Below, piece after piece: positions 52,702 through 64,000 of a stretch of DNA of 64,000 bases (position 1 is its first letter; each line of letters begins with the position of its first letter). Source of the stretch: Tubiluchus corallicola (taxonomy: Eukaryota; Animalia; Priapulida); NCBI GenBank assembly GCA_030141605.1, contig JAQGDQ010000839.1, positions 1-64,000 on the forward strand, given 5' to 3'. The position numbers were made by a program, and so were the translations under genes. The notes under the pieces are model-generated. The model ran no database searches, had not been told where the DNA came from, and saw nothing but the letters and a program-made list of their open reading frames with translations.

Positions 52702-53763
52702 ATTAAGAGATGATTTGCAGGTCAACAGTCTCTTACCTGGTCAAGTTACGTTGTTTTTTTAGCCCTGGGCGTGGCGTTTACTCGACCGTCCAATCAGCGA
52801 TGTTTATTCCGTTCCCTCGTAATGTCATTATGCAATACTAGAATGAAGACCTCGTCTCGCATTGCTGCTGTCTAAACACCAGCAGGTAATGATAATGTGG
52901 AGCTGTGAAAAATGGCGTTTCTCTCCCGTGCTTATTAGCAGTTATTTGCATCCCAGCCTGGACAAGATAAACGATGCGGTGCCTCATTTGCATAGGTAAT
53001 TTGCCTATCAGATGCCAGGGTTCCCATTTTCTCCTGATTCCGTTGACTCTATTGGATCATTTGTTACGTGAGACTTGCACCAGTTGACAGTCTTTGCGTC
53101 CTAGTGTTGCATGCATTATATGCATATTGGCCAGCTACTGCAAACACGAGGGGAATTATCCTGCTCTTTTTCTGGATGAGCGGAAGCGCCGTGTATGATA
53201 TATTGGAGAAAGCTTTCTGGGTCTCCCGATGACCTAGCTTCCCGTGTTTGTGTGCCCCAGTTCTGAAGGTGACACGCAAGCGATGCAAATTGTGCAATCT
53301 TGACTATCACCCCATTGAATTAATTGTTTATGTAATGGTTTGCTAAAGCACTTAGCCACTGTCACGACCCATGAATTCACACACTACGAAATTCGTAAAC
53401 ACAATTAATTCACAATCTAATGAATCTGTTTGAAGTGTTGCAAACGCTTTGGATACAGATTTTTCAATTTTCAATGTTTACCGTGTCCTTTCAAGAGTTC
53501 TAATCCCTCAGTCTGTTCAAATACCGTCGTAGGTAACGAATTGTGTGCAAATTCTACTATTTATAAAGTAGTTTAATGGTCAACTTCGAGTTGTCGGCGG
53601 CTAGGCGAGTTTCAGAAAGCTTTCTTTTACAAAATTTCCCTGCAACGGTTATAAGATTGTGAATACCATTACTTAATGAGCGAGTTACGTTAACCATTGA
53701 AAATATTGTTCCCTGAAAATATTCGGTGGTAGTTTTTACACTTTCAGACTCGATGAGTTGTAT

Positions 53764-53934
<171 letters not shown>

Positions 53935-55327
53935 AATTCTTTATTGCTATAAAATTACACATCATTGAACGGTAAACTACATTCATAAATTGATAGTATA
54001 ACCAGTGTTTCCACTGCTGTGAGCAATAGTGTTATACAATAAAAATTAATTTACAATTAAAAATGCGAGTGAGGCTGTAACTAATTACATAAGTACAAAA
54101 GCTTTACATTTCATTTCACACAGTTCGGAAAATTTAACACCTTTACAATATTTACGAAATAGTTTTTTGGTAGTTTCTTACGTAAACGGATTTGTAGCAT
54201 ACTAGAGTTTACGAATCACGGCTTTATACATCACATGTGATGGTTTCTAATGTTTTATACATCACATGTGATGGTTTCTAATCTTCTATCACTTATTAAT
54301 GTCCTACAATAGACACTGCACAATAGACCGTTGCCGTTTAGTAACCAACCCCTAATCCGTATAATCAGTTTTCAGCTGCACCTAAACGTACATCAAATAT
54401 TCATTAACTTTGCCTCTGTGTTTTTTTACAAAAATGGCAGGTGTTCGTTTTAAAATAAGCTGTCGTAGCTCCAACCATTGACATAAACAGCAATTGGGGG
54501 TCATACGAAATTATTGTTATAAAAATGTAACTGCGTTTGGACTTTTTAATTAAAGGAAAGGGCTATTAATTGCAAAGGTCATTTAGCATCTTGGGTTTTT
54601 TTACTATCATCACTTAAACTTGAAAAAATATAACAAAGAAATTTGCAAAAATCTGTCTATGAAGCTTAAACACACCACCACTGTAAAGAATTGTAACACT
54701 CGATATACCGATGTCCTCGAGTCGATGCAAATGGGTGAAATGTACTACTAAACGAACTGGGAAATGAGAATTTAAATCTTGTGTGTTGGACCAAAAATGA
54801 AAATTTAATATCGGCACTTCACTGAAAGTTGAAAATGCATCACCAAAAATATTTAAACAGCTGAAACATTCATAGTAAAAACCACGTGATCATTTTGCAA
54901 GCAATTTATCTTGTAAATTCGTAGTTTCATACACTTAGTCATAAAGACGATTATATTGGAATGCACACCATATCTGTATATAAAGACAAGCACTGCGTTT
55001 ATATGAATATGTGTGTGCATGTGTGTGTGCGTGTGTATGTGGGTGTGGATGTATACAAATTTATTATATAATATTAATACAAATATTTATAATTTAAATA
55101 TTTTTGTTAATACTTTGTCACATCGAAATCCTGAATTTGTTAATATTCAAGATAAATTTGCAAATTACATTAATATTACATTGTCTGTATTTTTAAAAAT
55201 ATATTCCCTAAATCAAGGACCTCTATAATTAAAGTTATAAGAATTAATGTAACTTTAGTTATAGATGTTCTTGCCTAAGTTAAAAAAGTAAAAAGCATTA
55301 TTTACAAACATTACACACATGGTAATG

Positions 55328-55528
<201 letters not shown>

Positions 55529-56415
55529 ATGTACAGAATACAATCCCCCTATTTGTAGGGATATGTATAAAATTTCTAAAAACATTTACAACGTATTAAA
55601 CCTATTCATATATAGTATATAATTTAGAATCCAACGCATGAGACAGATTGAACGACAACGATCATATACAGTAGACATAGTTACAAATTATAATCCAACT
55701 CTACATACATACATAATAAAAGATAACGAACATATTTTAATACTTAGTAAGAAAAATTTACACACATTATACACAATGAAAAACAGCGAGTACAATTATA
55801 ATAAACATAATTAGCAATTCTAATGTAAATTCGCATAATCATAAATAAAAACAAAACAGCATATAGAAAACACGACGAGAGTTGTAAAATTTCATCACCA
55901 ACAGACTGTTTATATACGGACGAAAGACGATGAGAATTCATCCGAGATAAGATTTGCAAAAGCATTTATAGCATTATTATCCCGGCTAGAGAAAACATAG
56001 TCCGAATCTAATGTAAGCAGTGTGCTAATAAAATCATTTCTTTTGGCTTGGTTTACTAATGTACATTCAAATAATAAATGATGTAATGCATAATATAACA
56101 TGCGCTTTGTATAGTGAAAATATTTTCCATCCGATTTCTGTTTAAATTGCATATATGTGGTTATATAATACGCCATTAAATTAATATTCGTATTATTATC
56201 CGCCTTTTATTGTGGGAGCGCTAAGAATAAAACGCATACGTTACTCGCCGTTATAGGAATAGTTGTAAAATACTGGAATTATTAGTACAATATTCGCCTT
56301 ATGATTGACATTATCTAGTTGAACCATAGCACACATAAAATATTTTATGACGTACAGCTATTGTGAGAAAAACGTGTCTCGCAACTACGTGATCTGTGGG
56401 TCATATTAATAAAGG

Positions 56416-57046
56416 ATAAAAGAAAAAAATACAGTTATATCACGCTTATGCTGACTGACCTTGCTTTGTTTTCAAATTCAGAATGTCTCTGTGCATATTT
56501 CTGTGCATAAAAGAAAAAAATACAGTTATATCACGCTTATGCTGACTGGCCCTGCTTTGTTTTCAAATTCAGAATGTCTCTGTGCATATTTCTGTGCATA
56601 AAAGAAAAAAATACAGTTATATCACGCTTATGCTGACTGACCCTGCTTTGTTTTCAAATTCAGAATGTCTCTGTGCATATTTCTGTGCATAAAAGGGAAA
56701 AATACAGTTATATCACGCTTATGCTGGCTGACCTTGCTTTGTTTTCAAATTCAGAATGTCTCTGTGCATATTTCTGTGCATAAAAGAAAAAAATACAGTT
56801 ATATCACGCTTATGCTGGCTGACCTTACTTTGTTTTCAAATTCAGAATGTCTCTGTGCATATTTCTGTGCATAAAAGGGAAAAATACAGTTATATCACGC
56901 TTATGCTGACTGACCTTGCTTTGTTTTCAAATTCAGAATGTCTCTGTGCATATTTCTGTGCATAAAAGGGAAAAATACAGTTATATCACGCTTATGCTGG
57001 CTGACCTTGCTTTGTTTTCAAATTCAGAATGTCTCTGTGCATATTT
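56416..57046. repeat. 91-bp minisatellite, about 7 copies
   Basis: Direct reading. Confidence 0.95.
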
Positions 57047-58004
57047 CGTAGAGATCTTCGTCAGAAAGTGTTAAAACATAAGGTATGCAGGTAGAAAGTT
57101 TCGAAAACTAATAGAATTTTGCCACATTGCCAAATTGCCGAGCTTCTAAGGCTGTTATGCGTTGGCGACCTTTCTTTAAACAAATATATTTATAGTATGT
57201 TCATATTTATAGAGTGGATTGCTTTGAGCTATAGTATGTTCATATTTACAGAGTGGATTGCTTTGAGCTATAAGATTATGTCCGGTTCTCCTTTAATTTT
57301 AATTTACTGAATTTATCTGACTTATTTATTTCATAATATAACCCTTTATTAGGCATCGTACATAATACATTGTTTCATCAGCCTGACTGAGAGCGGCAAG
57401 TGTGACGCGCAACAGGAATCTTCCCAGACGCAAAAATGTATTTAGGACGTAAAAAGTGAAGTTGACACGAATCTGTTTGCTGTAGATGCATTATGTGCAA
57501 ATTAGCTGTTCTGGGTAATTTGCTGTCTGTCTCCTAAGTATTTAGTGGAATTTTATTAATACCTGTCGCTACTTGCAAAAGTGTTTGCGAACCTGTCTAG
57601 GAAACGCCATTGCTCATTCGTTTATGAATTTTATTCGTTCGTTCTGTTGTTTGTTCTTTGGAAGCTGTCTCCATTGTTCTCTCTGCTTGACAAGGGAAAA
57701 AGAAACACGGAATTACCACACAATTTCGTGTTCATGAGCCAAGTTCTTTGCTGTTACGTTTCGCAATTCGCTAGTTAGACGGGCACTAGCGCCTTGCATT
57801 TCGGAAACGCATTGCACGAAAAACAGGCGCTGTACCTCTCGGTTCAGAGATTGTTCAGTTTTGACGTTGGGAAATCGTTACTATTTTTTCGAAAATAACT
57901 TGTGAAAGAATTGTTACTGAATGAGTTTATTATAACTGAAATTCTAAAGGTAACAGAGACGTGTGTACATAACAAGTTCCACCTATACAATGTCAGAGTA
58001 GAAA

Positions 58005-58334
58005 AAGTAGTCTAGCTTTTTGAGCTACAGTTTAATATATTGTGGCTTCTAATGCATACACTACCTTGGGAAGGAGTAGTCTAGCTTGTTGAACTATAGT
58101 CTAATATATTGTGGCTTCCAATGCATATACTACCTTGGGAAGGGGTAGTCTAGCTTGTTGAACTACAGTCTAATATATTGTGGCTTCCAATGCATATACT
58201 AACTTGGGAAGGAGTAGTCTAGCTTGTTGAACTAAAGTCTAATATATTGTGGCTTCTAATGCATATACTACCTTGGGAAGGGGTAGTCTAGCTTGTTGAG
58301 CTACAGTCTAATATATTGTGGCTTCTAATGCATA
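58005..58334. repeat. 69-bp minisatellite, about 5 copies
   Basis: GTAGTCTAGCTTGTTGAAC... unit. Confidence 0.92.
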
Positions 58335-59468
58335 TACTACCTTGGGAAGGGGTAATGGACCAAAACATTTGTGCCTGCAACAATAATATTTAAAACATTC
58401 ATAACTTTATAACCCTTTGATAAGATAAAGCATTTTAATTGTAAGTATAGTTTTTGTTCCTATACCTCTGATGTTGCAACAAATAAGCGAAATCATATAC
58501 AGGCCTGCTATGCTAGACCACTGTGGTATGCTTGATGCAGCCATTCTGAGCAATAAATCCCACTGGCTGTATCATGACTGTAGATATTCATTTTTTCTTG
58601 CATTCTATACGCTTATCATCTGGAAGATGTCAAGACGTCCAAAAATAGCGACAGCCCGTAGTAATCCGAGCGTGCTTGTAGTATACGAGAGTTGTAACGC
58701 GTAGTACACACACACACGGCAAGTGAAGCCAGGTTGTGGAGGGTTGACGTCATCGCGTGGCTTCGCGGCGGCGACTAAACTCGAATTACCTGAACGTTCT
58801 GGGAAGAAGTTGACCAATTAAAATGATTAGTTTGAGGAATCTGCGAGCTCCGCAGGTATGGTGCGGTTCCAAAATGTCGAAATTTCAACCGTGTCACGTG
58901 ATTGCCTCCCCCTCTGCAATGGCTTCACCGTAGCTCTTACATAATATTGCATGCACCTGTCATTTTTGTGTGCCCAGGGAGGCTAGGCACCGGCACAGCG
59001 CTGATCAAATATTTGTGCCTTCCCTTCCATATTAATTCATGCAGTTATTAATTAGTTTGGCGCAATAATTAATTTTTCCTGCTCATAAATCAGGCGGCGG
59101 CGTTGTTTAATGAGAGCGCAATTGCGCGCGCCGCGCACCATATGGAGCCACCGGAGATCCGGGTCTTGGAGACGCTGGTTCAAGGGTGGGCTTCGAAACG
59201 TGAATTAGAAATTTGAACAATATGCAAATATTGATATAATTGCGTTGTGGTGATTACAGAAACAAAGCAAATGGCAGGGTGTAGTGTTAATTTCCAAGAA
59301 GCCGTGTAGCTGGGTTGTTGCATGAAGCCAGTTTTATGGCGATGTTGCCTTGTGTTTACTTAGTGGAAAAACTGCAGGTCTGATAAGCAATTAGGTCACA
59401 GCGACCCATAAATAATGAAAGAATAGGTAAATACCTGGTGGGTTATGTGCAAGGATAAAGTTTTTCCT

Positions 59469-59855
59469 TTAACATTATTTACTAATTATTTACTACTAAT
59501 TAACATTATTTGCTAATTATTTACTACTAATTAACATTATTTGCTAATTATTTACTACTAATTAACTTTGTTTGCTAATTATTTACTACTAATTAACATT
59601 ATTTGCTAATTATTTACTACTAACTAACATTATTTGCTAATTATTTACTACTAATTAATATTATTTGCTAATTATTTACTACTAATTAACATCATTTGCT
59701 AATTATTTACTACTAATTAACATTATTTGCTAATTATTTACTACTAATTAACTTTGTTTGCTAATTATTTACTACTAACTAACATTATTTGCTAATTATT
59801 TACTACTAATTAAGTTTGTTTGCTAATTATTTACTACTAATTAACATTATTTGCT
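59469..59855. repeat. About 31-bp AT-rich minisatellite, about 12 copies
   Basis: TAACATTATTTGCTAATTATTTACTACTAAT unit. Confidence 0.93.
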
Positions 59856-60271
59856 GCATTATTTTGTTTACCGAAACACTGCTTTAACTGGCAGTTGTTA
59901 CAATAATATAATTTACGTAAAAACAGGTGATTCAATTTAAAATTAACTTTGTCGCATAAAGTTTTTGTTTTGCAGTGAAATGAAGTCCAGTTAAATTTAT
60001 AATGGACTCGCACAGAATAGATAATAATTGCAGTAGTCTTAAGTGGGTCATTCCTTGTAATTAATACATAACTGCATTTCAATATATGGCTTAATATATC
60101 TTAATATTAATATAGTATAGTATACTGATTCTTACTATATTATACTGTACTATATACCTTAATATAGCTTTATTATTATCGTCATAATGAAGTTTTATTA
60201 TTCTTGCCCAGGATAAGCCTATAAAATGCCGCATAAGTTCATTATATACCTTGAACAGGCTTGTCACGTAT

Positions 60272-60436
60272 ATCTTGAACAGATATGTCATTATATCACT
60301 TGGGATCTTGAACAGATATGTCATTATATCACTTGGGATCTTGAACAGATATGTCATTATATCACTTGGGATCTTGAACAGATATGTCATTATATCACTT
60401 GGGATCTTGAACAGATATGTCATTATATCACTTGGG
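60272..60436. repeat. 33-bp minisatellite, 5 copies
   Basis: ATCTTGAACAGATATGTCATTATATCACTTGGG unit. Confidence 0.93.
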
Positions 60437-60769
60437 AACAGCCAGCAAGGCAGTGGCTTATGTCCATCTTGTCAAGACAATTCACTTTTTACTTCATCAC
60501 ACAGAGCTACATGCTCATGGTTGAATGGTCGACTGGGTCTAATTACCAACAGACGGTAACACTTTCACTGCCACCATACACTGTTATCCAGGCAGTAAAA
60601 TTAATTAGTCATAGCGTAATTATTGGACTGTCGTCAGCAGTAGGTGAGCAGCTGAGCCAGCCAAGCAGGCAACATTTTTTTAAGTTGCCAGTGAGAAGGA
60701 TCACACAAAATTTACGTCTGAACTGTTGCTATTTGTTTTACTCCCTTTCAGTCCCAAATTGTTCTTTTA

Positions 60770-61202
60770 ATAAGAAAAAATTTTTGGCTTGGTTTTGGTT
60801 CAGTATGTCCATCTTGTTTACACATAATAATAATTTTTTTCTACCTGTGCCCGCGTGCTAAATATAGCCTGTATCCCACGGGATTCATTGAGATTCAATG
60901 GAAGCATAAAATGTGCTCCATTTTGCAACTGCTGATACTTTTTTAAAGTATTTAAGACATTTAGTATGCACGCTATGCTGATCTGTACAAAGTCGTCTCT
61001 AAAGTACTGTACCTTGCGCAGTTTTTTGTGCTATGTAGATTTTCTAGTTTGCCATTTTATCACCATTTTAGTCTCTTGTTATTGGCTTAAATCAAAATAA
61101 CTATTAACAGATCAAATAACTGTCAGTTTTAAAATTTTATTAATTTTAAAGGCAGAAAATATTCTCGTATCCCACGGGATACAACGGGTATGAAAGGGTT
61201 AA
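60770..61202 (+). mobile_element. piggyBac-like MITE right portion
   Basis: Ends AAAGGG|TTAA; repeated GTATCCCACGGGAT motif; inverted partial copy at 6631-6895. Confidence 0.6.
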
Positions 61203-61680
61203 CGTCTTTTTGTTGTAAATTCTATGGTCTCGCATCATGGACCCTTATTTAAGTCGATTGATCCAGCTTTAGCTATAGTAACAGCCCGTGTTTATGCTAC
61301 TTTTCAACAAACTCTTCCTGTAATCGACTGTTTTACATTAAGCATCTGTTTGTTCTTGTCGTACGGGGGCTTACGTTTTTGGCTCCACCGTCAAATCCGT
61401 CATTCACTCTACCAGAATTAGCCACTGTAAATTTCTCTTATTTTTGGCATTTGGAAACAATGTTAGGATCATATACTAATACTTAGCCTATAATTTAAAA
61501 ACAAAATAATGACAGTCGGAGCTATACCCGAGACTTCACTGTGTTCAACTTCCATTAAATTAAAAATGACCAAATATATGGAAAGTGACTTCCTTTATCT
61601 TACCAGTTATACATAAGTAGTACATGCAGTTGTAGTCAAAGACCAAAAGCTATATCAAATATTTCTACCTGGAAATATCA

Positions 61681-62609
<929 letters not shown>

Positions 62610-63142
62610 CGCTGGTTGTCACTGCCAGACACCATTTAGTGTTTTGACACAGAACACAAATAAAATTTACACCTGAATATTTGTCCATGGACGGCTTCTA
62701 ACTGCTGTCGTTTTTAAACAGCTACAGTGGCTGGTCCACCAGAAACCTTTGCAGGAAGCCTTCACCTCGTCAGCAGTCGGACATTGCATAAAACCCACAT
62801 GTTGTTGATGCCTGGTTGAAAAATGCGAGCCTGCGAGGGTCACTCGGGTCACGCTAACCCAAGAGCTCAAACATGGTACTAATAATCGCAATCCACTTTA
62901 TTCGTTACTGGCAAGTACCGACTAGAGCCACTAGGCAATGATGAAGCTCATTTTCACGGAGAAATCTGTTCCTTATAGGTCAGTGGCTACTGCCCAGCAG
63001 CTACGTGGCTTCCCAGACCTTGAATCAATTACTTTTCTTTCATAATATTTTGAGTCTGACGAAACCTTCACTGTTGTGGCGTGTTTTCAATTTGTGTCCT
63101 GCAACATGGCGCATTGGAATTGTTTGCCTTGGTTAGAGATCG

Positions 63143-63523
63143 ATGTGACATAGGTAAGACGTGACATAGGTAAGATGTGACATAGGTAAGATGCGACATT
63201 GGTAAGACGTGAGGTAAGATGCGACATTGGTAAGACGTGACATAGGTAAGATGTGACATTGGTAAGACATGACTTAGGTAAGATGTGACATAGGTAAGAT
63301 GTGACATAGGTAAGATGTGACATAGGTAAGACGTGACATAGGTAAGACGCGACATAGGTAAGATGCGACATAGGTAAGATGCGACATAGGTAAGACGTGA
63401 CATAGGTAAAATGTGACATAGGTAAGACGTGACATAGGTAAGACGTGACATAGGTAAGACGTGACATAGGTAAGACGTGACATAGGTAAGATGTGACATA
63501 GGTAAGACGTGACATAGGTAAGA
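63143..63523. repeat. 16-bp minisatellite (GTGACATAGGTAAGAY), about 24 copies
   Basis: Direct reading. Confidence 0.95.
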
Positions 63524-63567
63524 ACACCTCAGTTGTGCCAAGCTACCTGGAATCTATAATCTATATT

Positions 63568-63986
63568 CAGGGTTCCCACGGTCAGGGGAAGTCCTTGAAA
63601 ATTCAGGCTATCCTGGAAAGTCAGGGGAAAAGATAATTTGGTAAAAAATCAGGGCCAATGATGAAAATGGGGCGAAAAGTCGGCAAAATTGGAAAGGGTT
63701 GCAAAAATAATCACCGTGAACCGATATTTTTGCACACATATTTTTCAGCGATTCGTGATAATAATTGGCATAGGCAAGTTTATTTATTATGATTAGTGTA
63801 ATTTGGTTAGCACTACTAGAACTGTGCCAACACATTATATACCAGTATATATATGAATGTCCATGCACTAAAATGTTTGAATGTGTATGCTGGTAATGTA
63901 ATTTCTGCTTATCTTGGTCATGAAAAATCGATATTTGGTCAGGGAAAAGTCAGAGAAATTTATTTTAAAATTCAGTGGGAACCCCA
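63568..63986. mobile_element. hAT-like MITE
   Basis: TIR CAGGGTTCCCAC...GTGGGAACCC; TSD imperfect. Confidence 0.6.
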
Positions 63987-64000
63987 TATATTATTAAACC

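Noticed and set aside
60226-60861. 211-aa ORF
   Set aside because: Made of a 33-bp minisatellite plus MITE sequence; no recognisable domain.

Overview
AT-rich, repeat-dense animal (invertebrate-type) genomic DNA with spliceosomal genes; the species cannot be determined from sequence alone. I reconstructed three protein-coding genes by hand from GT-AG boundaries and phase continuity. (1) A complete 12-exon SLC22/Orct-type organic cation transporter on the minus strand (ATG 34869 to TGA 53, 562 aa). (2) A 3-exon PI-PLC X-domain (PLCXD-like) gene on the plus strand (3334-5232, 379 aa), nested antisense in the transporter's last intron. It has a predicted signal peptide and a GPI-anchor-like C-terminus, has lost the first catalytic His, and is bracketed by inverted copies of a TTAA-flanked element. 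(3) The first coding exon (signal peptide + MNNL/C2 domain) of a Serrate/Jagged-type Notch ligand at about 43577-43942, followed by a >20 kb intron with enhancer-like islands. The rest is LINE 3' ends, two internally deleted RTE elements with TSDs, tRNA-derived SINE heads, a solo LTR, hAT/Kolobok/piggyBac-like MITEs and many micro- and minisatellites. Several minisatellites are tandem amplifications of TE termini. Nearly all long ORFs in the supplied track are microsatellite artefacts. No database search was run; family calls rest on recognised motifs.
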